Assembly (NCBI RefSeq): GCF_947568905.1
Contig: NC_079167.1
Coordinates: 43,400,001 to 43,464,000, forward strand
DNA: 64,000 nt
Origin: Ostrea edulis
Lineage: Eukaryota
Direction of reading: 5' to 3'
Shown here: one piece after another, positions 11,590 through 23,345 of the stretch
Layout of the letters: each line of letters opens with the position of its first letter
How positions within the stretch are numbered: the first letter of the stretch is position 1
The notes under the pieces: generated by a model
Seen by the model: only the letters and a program-made list of their open reading frames with translations
Database searches by the model: none
Told to the model about the DNA's origin: nothing
Made by a program: the position numbers and the translations under genes

Positions 11590-13866
11590 ATTAATCTTAC
11601 CAGAGATACACTGCTCTTGAATGGTGGCATTCATATGACTTTCAACACAGTGGTTGCCATCTACTTTGAGCACTTTGTGCTGAAAAGAACATACGATCTA
11701 AAATTGAAATTCGTTACTATACCCTGTGCTAAGCATAAATAATTAGTGAGTCATCAACACATTTAACAACAAGGAAAATTCTTGACGCATGCGTCAAAAC
11801 TATTAATGTCATAAAGACTATTTTAGAGGCACGAGAGGTTTTCATTGCAGACCTTTAGAAACTTTCCCTGCAGTCGGTCGCAGTTCATTTTGACAGATTT
11901 AAAGTGCATTGTGTACATTTTGAATAGATAATTTCCCATTGCCCTTAAAGTGTTTATAGAAATAACAATAACACATTCGTAGAATAAATAATCATAAAAA
12001 GGATGTATAAAACATTTCTAACAAAAACATAAATGAAATTCAAAATGAATTTGTAATTTGCTTTAGCCCTCTTTAATAGTTTTAGCCATCTGAAATAGTT
12101 AATACGCAATATTAATATATAAACATGTGATTAATCAGTTATCAGAAACGTGAGAGAAATTTGATTCCAGTACCATACAATGACAATAATGCAGAATAAA
12201 AGCTTTCAAATGTACACGAGATGTATTAAGGCATTAGGGAAATAGCACGCTTGTTCCGAAAGCTTTAAACTTGATGACGCTAATCACTACAGGCATTTTT
12301 AAACTTGCAGATTTCATACCAAGAAATTATTTTTCTTAAATGCTTTTAGAAAGAAACATGGTTATATCAAAATGTGAAATCTCATAGTCATAGATCTTAA
12401 ATAGAGCTTTTAAAAACAATGTCTAGAAACCACTGTATATCTAATAAGTTTTTTGTTTTGTTTTTACAAGTATGACCTTAACATGGACAGTGTATTTGTA
12501 CTGAAAACCAGAAGTATCATTAATTTGCTGCAACCTCAAGAAAACAGTGAAAAATAATTTAATTAGATGCTCAAATTTTCTCGTCATATATTTTCCACTT
12601 GTCACAATTGAGAAAAAAATAAAATAAACCGGAGACAGAAAGAAATTTCAACCATATTTACAGTCTTTCACGGAAGACTAATAATCGCCCGCCTCCTGGC
12701 GGCTGATAATGATACCTTCGCAAAATCGGCTATTTCCGTGTGCGTGAAGGTTGCTCCATTCGGAAGTGTGACAGCAGTCTCAGTCCTCGTCCTTTCTGTG
12801 ACGTAATCAAAGTACAGCGACATTTGGCTCTACAATTGAATTAAACGTATCAAAACATCGTTGTCGATCTGAAAGCAACGCCTTTATGTTGTTTCAACTC
12901 TGTAGCATCAATATAGTTTAGTTGTTGTTTTACATCCTTTCTGAGAATTTTTCAGTCATAATGACTGACGTCACAGGCTGTAGGTGAAGTAGTACAAATT
13001 TTGACCTACCGGTATTCGTGACACTCAGGGCTATAACAAGGAGGGTTCTTTATCGCAACAACGTCCAATACATGTCTTTAAGGTGGCTCACTACACCCAG
13101 AAATAGTTTCTCAAATCAGTACGAATTGATTTAATTATAAAAGATATGATGATATACTATAAGTACATATGCCAAAAAGGCATAGAATATACAAATTTGG
13201 ATAAAAACATTTTCAAAAAAAATTACTTCAACACATATGAACAAAAGACTCCGGGGGATTTGAACTTGATATCTGCGGTTCATCAGCCCAATACTTTAAC
13301 CACTGAGCTACGATGATAGACAAACAAATCGATCGATAAAAATAATTTCACAAAACATTCAAATCGCCATCTTGTGACGTGGTGATGTGGTGTCATACAG
13401 AGTATAAGTTTTAGTGTAGTGAGCTACCTCAAGTCCTGTGACTTTCATTTCTAATGCCGGAGTCTTATCCCGACGCTTAACATAGCGATTGTTCAATCGC
13501 TATGTTAAGCGTCGGGATCGAGAATCGAACCCATAACTTCCGGTTACAAAGCGATCGCTTTATAAACCGCTGGACTACCGCGACTGGTTGAAATCAACAT
13601 CGATATGTCTGCTTGGACTATCATCCCAGATACTAGTCAATGCTTATGATACGAAATTAGAATAAAAATCGGTAGACATGTTAATTAACACCTACGTCAA
13701 CATAATGTGGGCCATCGTTGGTAAGGAAACCACCCGTGACATCCATTTTACACCGGAAGTTAGTCGGAACGCAGCATCGTGTATCTGTTCCAAGGGTGCA
13801 TTTTGATGTGAAAATCTGCCAGTAGTTCAGAAGTACCAGGATAAAGGCTTTGTGTGTCAACGACAT
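6245..13866 (-). CDS. Ependymin-related protein A (secreted, 212 aa, 5 exons)
   Basis: Exons 13866-13696, 12829-12716, 11679-11601, 11505-11329, 6342-6245; all GT-AG, phases 0/0/1/1, 639 nt open; signal peptide, RCCVP, LYFDY, two Cys in exon 3, NCIPV, terminal FDSPPHIC. Confidence 0.88.
6507..9535 (+). mobile_element. Cluster of decayed and nested Naiad-type PLE fragments in EPDR-A intron 4
   Basis: Segments align by eye to 46025-47631; at least three 3'-end copies (ending ~7894, ~8920, ~9530); interrupted by a SINE and a (CT)n/AT tract. Confidence 0.85.
6716..6962 (-). mobile_element. tRNA-derived SINE with (CCAA)n tail
   Basis: Minus strand begins CCGTGGCCGAGTGGTTAGCG (A box), has GGTTCGAATCC (B box); inserted into Naiad RT sequence that resumes on both sides. 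Confidence 0.8.
9642..11210 (+). mobile_element. Tc1-type DD34E transposon, complete ends, inactivated transposase
   Basis: Perfect 26-bp TIRs TACTACTCAAAATTTGATAAGGATCA (9642-9667, 11185-11210), TA duplication; transposase 9902-10945 with HTH, FTDES, MDDNARPH, SPDLNPIE; two nonsense codons and a frameshift near 10826. Confidence 0.95.
13082..13428. mobile_element. Kolobok-like MITE in EPDR-A intron 1
   Basis: TIRs GGTGGCTCACTACAC / GTGTAGTGAGCTACC; flanks TTAA and TCAA. Confidence 0.55.
13435..13590 (-). mobile_element. tRNA-SINE fragment containing a perfect hairpin
   Basis: Similar to SINE copies at 31.6 and 33.2 kb; 24-bp perfect inverted repeat 13467-13518. Confidence 0.55.
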
Positions 13867-15703
13867 TATGGATACAAATAAGTTTATGGAGCAATGTTGA
13901 ACTCTCAAAGTGAAGTGTACTAAGAAACTGATAAGAAATTCATGATTTGTTTTGAAAAGTTCTGAGTACCGTAGAAGGTGTAGTAACATGGTGACCTGAA
14001 TTTCTCTCAGTTAACAGTAGAAACACTGTCTGGTTTCTTAGTGTGAAAAAAACAAAACCCAAAAAGGTGATAAATGCAAACAAATGTTATACTTTTTGTG
14101 AAATGTTATCGCGTGAGGTTTTACTAATTTTTTTAGACGCCATGGTTTAAGCAAAATTACGTAATATTTTGTTGGCGCGTAATACGTGTAGACAGCTGCT
14201 ACTAACTATTCAAATTTCATAGCTTTACACTGTCAATAACCTTACTTCGTTGTCAATCTTGCTGGAGTCTAGTATTAACAGAGAGTTGAACGTTTAATTG
14301 TCATATTCAGATTATTCCTCAGGGTCTACGAACGTCTACAAACTATCATGGCGGGCGCTGCTAACTTCAACCTGGTTACTATTCCTGGTTATAAAAATTT
14401 GTTTCAATTCTAACTCATCTGATGACTTACAGAAATCGCAACAAGATACAATTCTATCAACAAATTGTCATATTCATGCATATGCATATTTTTATTTTTT
14501 AATCAATCTGTAAATTAGTAATATATACAAAAACTAAATCATGCAGCGATGAGCAATTGCAAATTATTTTTGATCAAGTTCAACTAATCTGTATTGTCAC
14601 TGTATCGCGTAGCCCCGGGTGATCCATCATGGTATATGGTGAAAAATCGTCAGACCTTCTAAATCTGGCATAAATCTCTACTATATATTTGGTTTTCCAT
14701 TTTTACTAAGCTGACAAAAATTATAAGAATTTGTGTAGTTGTGTTGATTTCTAGTGCACGAAGATGAATCTCCTATCTAAGTGACCATGACCAGCCATGA
14801 GGAGACCACGAGTGTGTAGGGTCGTTCGTTTTCACGTCTCACTAGTTCTGGGTTATCTCTCTGTGACGTTGTTTTAGGTCACAGGTCAGTTTGCTTTGTA
14901 TGCAAAGACAGACCATGCAGTACATTTGCACTGTTCCTATCCGTAGTCATTAAATTTCTGAAAATACAATGCTATTTACAGGCATGTAACATCGTTTTTA
15001 GGGGGGGGGGTCGTCGGAGAAGATGACTTGCCAATATCTTTAACAATTGTCTAAAATTCTTGATAAGGAATTAAAAAAAGATTTTTGCCCAATCTTTAAA
15101 ATCCTGAATTCGCTACAACATGGGCTCATTTCCTAGCTTTCAATCTAACAGAGGCAAAAATAGAGGGGGGATGTTCATTCAGTATATTTTATTTTGCACA
15201 GAAAGGCTTTGGAGAAAGGAGATGTATATTACATAGAAAGATTCCTCTCATTCATTAAAGAACGGTTAGGAGAAAAAGATTCTTTCCATATCAAACCCCT
15301 CTCTTGTTTCTCATATCGCAGAAGAAAATGTTTGCTCCTTCAAACCAAAATAAAAATCAACAGAAGTTGCATTAACTCTTCTGTTTGTAGTTTCTGATTG
15401 ATGCCAGGTAAGAATATTTACTTTCCAAATGTGTTTGCCTTTGATATCTATATAAAATGAATTAGTGGCCATTTCCTCATGACAGTTAGCCAGTTGTCAG
15501 CCAATGTGCGTATGAATCTTGATAAATATAGTACGTCTATCTGATCGAATGAAACTTATAAAAAATGATTTTCACTTTTGAAATTATATGACGATATAAA
15601 TCGGTATCCTTTCATTTCGATTTGTGTTTTCAAAAATAAAATTAATTTCTTAAGTACTGGATTTTATTTTTTGACTTTATTCTACCCCGATACCAAAAGA
15701 AAA

Positions 15704-15763
<60 letters not shown>

Positions 15764-15900
15764 ATTAAAAAGCAGGAAAATATGCAGTTCCAAAATATAT
15801 TTTACGAGGAATAGTGATTTAAATATATTTTGGAACTGCATGTTTTCCTGCTTTTTTATTGAATTATTTTGACTGTGTGATATCAACTCTTTCTATTTGG

Positions 15901-15962
<62 letters not shown>

Positions 15963-15966
<4 letters not shown>

Positions 15967-16553
15967 ACTCAATTGATTGAAGATGTCTACAATTATTTGA
16001 AAATGTCATCAATTAGAATTATTGTGCGCAAGAGATAATAACAAAGTAGCGACAATTATAAAAACGCATAAAAATATTGTCTACTGACTAAAACCAATCA
16101 GATAATTTCAAATCAAACTTGACACAAAGCATCCTTTGGTAAAGAAGATTTAGATTTGTTCAAATGAAAGGACATAAATTGATGCTCGCCTCAAATCAAC
16201 TATTGCTCCCATCAATTCATTTGATCAATAAGCGCATCAATGTGGTGGAATTATTGCTCGCAAAATTTAATTAGGAACTCCATATAAGTGATGTGATGAT
16301 CTCTTTAATTCAATTGAATATATTTTAAATTATTTATCACGATTTCATATGCGTACGTCAACAATTCAATGAAAGAAAACTTCTATCTTTTTTTTTTTGA
16401 GCAATAATTTAATTATTGCGCGCGTGAACTGAATTAATGTGTATATCAAGCATCAATTCATTTGAAGAGATCTTTGATTGAATTGTTGTGTGCATCAAAC
16501 GAATTGATGATATTTTCAAATAATTAAAGATATCTTCAATTATTTGAGTTTAT
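15963..16553. mobile_element. TIR element (MITE) adjoining a (TA)n tract
   Basis: ATAAACTCAATTGATTGAAGATGTCT... mirrored by ...AGATATCTTCAATTATTTGAGTTTAT. Confidence 0.55.
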
Positions 16554-16554
16554 T

Positions 16555-16714
16555 TAAGAAATAAGATATCATTTTTTAATGTTGTTGGGATATGACATGA
16601 ATTTGGTCACGTGATCAAATCCTATAACGCCCGAAGGGCGTTATAGTAGATTTGATCACGTACCAACTTCATGTCATATCCCAATAACATTCAAAAATGA
16701 TATTTTATTTCTTA
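16555..16714. mobile_element. 160-bp palindromic mini-element
   Basis: TAAGAAATA...TATTTCTTA ends; imperfect arms around CTATAACGCCC-GAA-GGGCGTTATAG. Confidence 0.7.
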
Positions 16715-16838
16715 TATTTATATTTTCTATTTTGATTTGTGTTCTTACCGAGCTTCCATGATTATGTAGCAAAATAACGATCGTAGAACACAAAATATAG
16801 TTCGTTAGAGTTTTATCGAATAAAAAATTAGGAACAAT

Positions 16839-18068
16839 CACAGGCACTCGACGTTTTAAATATCTATAATAAAAAAAAATTGTCTTCCTGTAAACATAAT
16901 ATTGACAAGGTATACCACGCCGCCATCTTGGTTTTCGTTTTTACCAGCTGCATCGCTTGAAAATTTCGGCGAAAAGTTCGATATAATACAATAATTAGAA
17001 CCCTACCGTTTAGAAGCAACTCTGTGAAGGTCATACCTCTCGCATCGTCATGGTGAACTGGAAATAAAGTCCATTTATCGGCTATAATCGACCGTCAAAC
17101 ATCGTCTACTGCTTCTCAAATGCGAGAAATCGCTGAAAGGTGGACGTACGTAGACATAATTTTGGGATAGCCCTTTTTTCATTGGTCGATAAAATTAAAA
17201 ATAGTAAATATTATAATTAGCCGTAAATATGTTCTAGTGAGCGAGGTAATAGATCTTGAACATTATTCAATTAATACATACTTAATTTATTTTTTTAAAC
17301 GTTAAACATGATAACTTCACTTATTCATGCATTCGTTTCTGTTGAAAGTAAATTTCATAACGTAATAAGAAAACTTCAAAATTGAATTCACACACACACG
17401 CACGCTCGCCTACACGTGGGTATACTCTCAAACGTACACAGTAACATTTATACATCCAAATGTCCTGTCCTGCTTATTTGTAAATTTTCAGTGTTGTCAC
17501 AATGGGTGACAAAACGTGGGTTGGAGTCGAAGCAGGAGGGAGGGGGGGGGGGGGTCATGAACATTCCCAATGTTATTTGGTAATGTAATAGATTTACTAA
17601 ATTTCCCGTGCCAGCCTGTCCCGAAACCACACAATTGTGCCGAGTTTTATTGTTTGCAGGACTGCAACTACCCTGCATTCAGTGCCCCCCCCCCCCCCCT
17701 GCACAAGCGTCAGTGGGTACATTAGCTAGGGAATTCTCATTTGCATAATGATGTCAACTTCCGTCCCTAGATCAGGAGTTATCGCATTTTGAGGAGCAGT
17801 AGACGATAGTTGATGCTTGATTATATCTGATCAATGGACATTATTTCAAGTTTTCCATAACGATGCGAGAGATAAGATATTGACAGAGTTGTTGCTAGAC
17901 GGTAGGGTTCTAATTATTGTATTATATCGAACTTTTCGCCGAAATTGTCAAGCTGGTAAAAACGAAAACCAAGATGGCGGCGTGGTATACCTTGTCAATA
18001 CATGTATTATGTTTACGGGAAGACAATTTTTTTTTTATTATAGATATTTAAAACGTCGAGTGCCTGTG
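16839..18068. mobile_element. Non-autonomous DNA transposon (hAT- or P-like) with ~170-bp TIRs
   Basis: CACAGGCACTCGACG...CGTCGAGTGCCTGTG; perfect 8-bp TSD GGAACAAT (16831-16838, 18069-18076). Confidence 0.85.
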
Positions 18069-18936
18069 GGAACAATATAAAAGAGAATATAAGATAGAGA
18101 TATTTAATTGAAAGTGTTAAAAAAAAGACGAAACATGTGTAAAATAAAGGTAATTTAGAGCGTAAAGTTAACTGAAATGACGACAAGAAGAGCGGAGTAA
18201 ACTACATCTGTGATGTGATTTGGTCGCGATCAGCGATGGAGAAACTGGTGTCGGTCTAGCTTACTAAGTTGAAAACGCTTGTTGATCACAGATTTCGACA
18301 GAAATTCAAAGGATCTGAGAGAATTGATGGTGGATATGATGGGTCAAGTTAACGTTAAGATCTTAGTCGGGTTTTTGGAAAGAAACAACGGTATGTTCAT
18401 CGTTAGGACTTGCGGTAAACGTAGCCATGCAGGAGACGATTCAAGACAGTAGGACAGATTTAGACAAAGTGCAGGTAGGTTGCGTCTTTTATTTACCTTC
18501 AGTGTGTGTAAAAGAAAATAAAAACGAACTGACGGAGTTTTTGTTCACTTGAGAAATTTCTGTTGTAGGATTTTAATGAAGACTCGCACCGGTACCCTGA
18601 CATGAACATCTAAATTTTTCGAGCCTCGAAACCAGTCTTGCTTATGATCATGCCGAGTCATAGCCGTGATGGAAGTTGCCAGGAAACAACAGGTTAACTT
18701 ATCATCATAAAGTAAATAGGCTTATAACTCTGTCTACATGTCTTCGCTTCCAATATCATAGAACTTTATAAAATCGCCATGCAGAAGTTGAAGACGGTAT
18801 TTAAACTGTATAAAATGAAACAACAGAATGATATGTTTAATGTTTCTCTTTTATAAATTGATGAAATTCTTGTTTGTTTACAAAATAAAATCTGTATAAA
18901 TATCCTGTTGCGTTTGTTTCTGTTATGATATCATTG

Positions 18937-19100
18937 CAGTGGCGGATCCAGGTTTTACGAAGGGGGGTGGGGGTGAAAGGCAAGTATTAGCCAAAATACT
19001 CAGCCATTTTGGGTGCCGATCTGGAATTTTACTCGCACTATTTCTGTTATCTAAATTTGTGACGAGAGTGGGGGGGGGGGGGGGTCTAAATCCCCCACTG
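18937..19100. mobile_element. GGCGGATC-type MITE
   Basis: CAGTGGCGGATCC...CCCCCACTG flanked by CATTG on both sides; relatives at 27760-27925 and 63692-63864. Confidence 0.6.
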
Positions 19101-20225
19101 CATTGCATAAGCAAGAACCCAGGTGAAAATACAGGAACTGACTTTTGAAGCGGTGATTGTATTCATACGCAAGAACAAACTGATCACGTGACCAAATTCA
19201 TGTCATACGAAATTGAACATCGATTTCATTAGTACTGTCATATAAGGAAGTGCATTGGCAAATGTAAATATGTTAATTTGGTGCGCCATAAATACCATCT
19301 TGGAATTCGAAAAATAAAACAAAATTTTCAAAATACTGACACATCCTCCTGAGGGATGATCAACCCATTGAGTTATATCTAAACGCAATAAGATAGATGC
19401 GGGGTATGCTGACATCATCAATTATGAAATAATCATATTGCATGATTGCATGATATTAATTGTCAAATAGACTCCTGATTAAAATTCTACCCATTCCTGA
19501 CTTATATCAATCATTTCAATAGTTTAACCTTGTATCACACCGATGACACAATTATTGCAGAGGCAAATGATGAGGGCCATATATTTTCTCACTTAAAGTA
19601 ATTCCACCCTCCTGTGATGTCATCAGAGTTTGCAAAATCAATGATTTTTTTTTTTAGATTTATACATGATCGGAACATAAATTTTGTTAGAGTCTTTTCC
19701 AATAGATATTGTAAAAAATCTTGTTAATAATAATCTATTTCAAAAGTCTAAGTTATAGATGAATAATCAATGGTACGTTTTAAAATATTGAATCCAAGGG
19801 CAATAACTCTGTTTTTATTGATTTCTTTATTAAGTCTATTATGCAATAGATTTGCTTTATTTTTTACAGACATTTTGTATATTTTTGTGAAGATACAGTG
19901 TCATGAAATTGTTATGAATGCTATTATATCGTCATAACCAGTTTGTATGAAATTTTAAAACGCTGTTTAAGGAAAATTGCAATTTTCTGTCTCTGATATA
20001 TGATTCGGTTTATGCGTGTCTCGCATCTTAAAAAGTGTGATGACCTATGTATTTTATTTCATAATTTGTTAGTTTTAACTCTAATGAATGGAAATAAACA
20101 AACTTTTAAAACTTGTATCAGATAAAACTGCGAGTATGGAGTTACCTTAAAAAGAAAAGAAAAAAATTAATTCTTATTGAGAATATTGCAATACATTTAA
20201 ACAATAAAATGCCTCCATTGCTTAC

Positions 20226-20261
<36 letters not shown>

Positions 20262-20697
20262 AGCCGTAAGATTTTTTCTGCAATAAGTGCTACATCCATC
20301 AGCCAATAAAACAACAAAGAAAGACATTTTATTGTTTATATTTATATTTTTATGCATTTTAAAAAAATATGAGCTAGATTTAAGCATTAACATATCATAT
20401 CATTTGTTACTTTAACTGGACAGCCATTACACCCTTTGACCTTGACGACGCACCATATTTGGGGAAGATTAAGAGGACAGGTGGTACTAGAAAAACTGGA
20501 TCGAACTAGTTTGCAAGAAACATGTATTCATTGTCTTTGGTGAAAGCAATGTCGATTTCAAAAGAGGAATGTAAAAATGTGAATGTAAAAATATCGTAAC
20601 ATGACGTTACAATAAAGTTAATGTCATAATCAAATGTCGTCATTATGTCGTCACAATAGCATTTGTTGTGGTTAGATACAGCTAGTCAGCAAACATC

Positions 20698-21149
20698 ATG
20701 GGCGTCTTTCAGAGTTGTATCGCTAGAAACAATAAGATAGGAGTCATGAAAGAGGAAATGGAGGTCTACGAAAAATTACGCAGTGAAATGGTTACGGAGG
20801 ATATAGTAGAAAAGAAAGGCGGAGTGGCCTTTGGTCTTACTTTCATTGCTGAAGATACACCAAAAATGCCACCGCCCCGAATCACTGACAATAAGAAGGA
20901 GGAATTTGAGAAATGGAGAGGTAGATGAATAAGAATTTAATGTTGCATATCATTTGATATTTATTGATTGAAAAATTAGCACTTTGTTGTTCTTTTTTCT
21001 CAGAAACTCAGGAGAAAACGCAAGCCCTGAAACAGGATAGGGCACATCAGAACAGGGAGGAAGCCCTTACTAAGAGGAAGATTGAGGGCGCTCACAAAGA
21101 AATGGAGCGACTAGAAAAATACCTCAATATTGGAGCTGAAGAATTCTGA
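20698..21149 (+). CDS. Stathmin-domain-like small protein (122 aa, 2 exons)
   Basis: Exons 20698-20920 and 21004-21149, 83-bp GT-AG intron, frame joins as KWR|ETQ; MGVFQSC N-terminus, KKGGVAF motif, proline patch, charged coiled coil. Confidence 0.7.
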
Positions 21150-21592
21150 TGTGGACTCCTTAATACTCATTTTGGACCTTTAAAAAATTATAATTAGTAA
21201 ATTTGAGCATTTCATTTGAAATCAAAGAGAGGACACTTTAGCTCTTTATTTACAGTACAATGTTACTTTGGCTATTATTATTTCTTTTTTCTTATTGGTC
21301 TTTTTTAATCGGAAATATCCTGGATGTCCGTCTCAGTGGTACATCTAATGACAGAACTGCTGGTCAACATTTGTCTTTCTTTTGGTAACTACACAGGCGA
21401 AACAGATCGCTTTGCTGAGTTACCTGAGCAAAATTCCTTTAAATTTTTCGGAACTTCAGGCCTCCAGGGACGAACCATTCCTTAAAGGTAATAGAATTCC
21501 CTATCGAAAAGTATTTAAAATATTCAATAATACATGACCAGAAGAATAATACATACATTACAAGATGTCTGAGAGCTATGTTGTCCTCTCCC

Positions 21593-22220
21593 TTATCTAA
21601 TTATTATTATTTTATTGATAGAAACTGATTCAATAAATATACTTTGAATGCATATCTAATTATTATTTTATTGATATAAACTGATTTAATAAATATACTT
21701 TGAATGTATATCTAATTATTATTTTATTGATATAAACTGATTTAATAAATATACTTTGAATGTATATCTAATTATTATTTTATTGATATAAACTGATTTA
21801 ATAAATATACTTTGAATGCATATCTAATTATTATTTTATTGATATAAACTGATTTAATAAATATACTTTGAATGTATATCTAATTATTACTTTATTGATA
21901 TAAACTGATTTAATAAATATACTTTGAATGTATATCTAATTATTATTTTATTGATATAAACTGATTTAATAAATATACTTTGAATGTATATCTAATTGTT
22001 ATTTTATTTATATAAACTGATTTAATAAATATACTTTGAATGTATATCTAATTATTTTATTTATATAAACTGATTTGATAAATATACTTTGAATGTATAT
22101 CTAATTATTTTATTTATATAAACTGATTTGATAAATATATTTTGAATGTACATGTATATCTAATTATTTTATTTATATAAACTGATTTAATAAATATACT
22201 TTGAATGTATATCTGATTAT
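21593..22220. repeat. 56-bp AT-rich minisatellite, ~11 copies
   Basis: Unit ATCTAATTATTATTTTATTGATATAAACTGATTTAATAAATATACTTTGAATGTAT; period checked at 21655 and 21711. Confidence 0.95.
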
Positions 22221-22749
22221 TATTTGATTTTATTTTTTGTACAAAATTCTCCAAAGACGTGACAACAAACAGTTTAAGCGATAGATTGCAAGCCCCTACG
22301 GTATATCGTAGGTGCCCCCTCGAACAGATGATCCAAATCCCGTAACAAACAAAGCATTTGTTTATAGTGACCAGTCTCTTTATGTTGAGGGAATCGACGC
22401 TATGACACGAAGATTATTTTTACATTCTGGAACGGATGAAAATATAGTCTGGTTCCCGCCCCCTCCACTTCGTTCCCACTTTAAAGTAAAAACAGGGTGG
22501 CTAGGGGTGGGGACCAGAGAAAATATGGTAATTTAGTCGCATGTAGATAAGTTTCATTAGCGCTTTGCCGTGATTGGTCAATTGACTATGTAGAAAAGTT
22601 CCGTGAGCGCGGCACAAATTGATTGACGTATGACATTAAAGTTATATGTATACGAATCGGCAATTCCTATCTTCAAGGAAGGGACTGTCCTCTCTAGGAT
22701 ATTGTTTAAAAAAAACCCATTTCTTTAAACTGTTAAAGACACTTGATAT

Positions 22750-22817
22750 TTTTATGCCCCCGAGATCGAAGATCGGGGATATATTGTTTTTGTCCTGTCT
22801 GTCATTCTGTAATTCTG

Positions 22818-22854
<37 letters not shown>

Positions 22855-22855
22855 A

Positions 22856-22896
<41 letters not shown>

Positions 22897-23090
22897 CAAA
22901 ACCTTTCCGTTGGTACTAAACCTTTTGACCTTGACATTTGACCCACTTTAAAAAAAATTGACATTGCCATTTGGTCATAACTTCTAAATGGTAAATATTA
23001 GAGCTTTCATATTGTATATGAGCATTTAATTCTTGTGACAAGATCTTTCTACTGGTACCAAGATATTTGTTCTTGTGACCTTGGCCATCT

Positions 23091-23125
<35 letters not shown>
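22750..23125 (-). mobile_element. HINE-like element
   Basis: Minus strand starts AACAAGATGTGTTTGTGAAACAC and ends with hairpin ...TCCCCGATCTTCGATCTCGGGGGCATAA; TCTG-type microsatellite. Confidence 0.65.
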
Positions 23126-23345
23126 AAAAAATGGATGCGTGATTTGATGTTTACTTAGTTTGACTGTAATTAGTACATTTCCTTAAAAATAAGGGATTCA
23201 TAATTTTCTGTTAAAAAGTTGGAATAAATTACCTCTCCCTATATAACTTTATGCATATTTTGCACTCTGTTTTGGACTTAGTTGAGAAATCGTGGGAATA
23301 AATTACATTCCATATGGTATATTGTATTCAGTTTACTCTAAAACA

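Noticed and set aside
18235-18480. Coiled-coil-like coding remnant with a donor site
   Set aside because: Stops and frameshifts within 250 bp and no linkable exon; possibly a TE ORF1 relic or a UTR exon.
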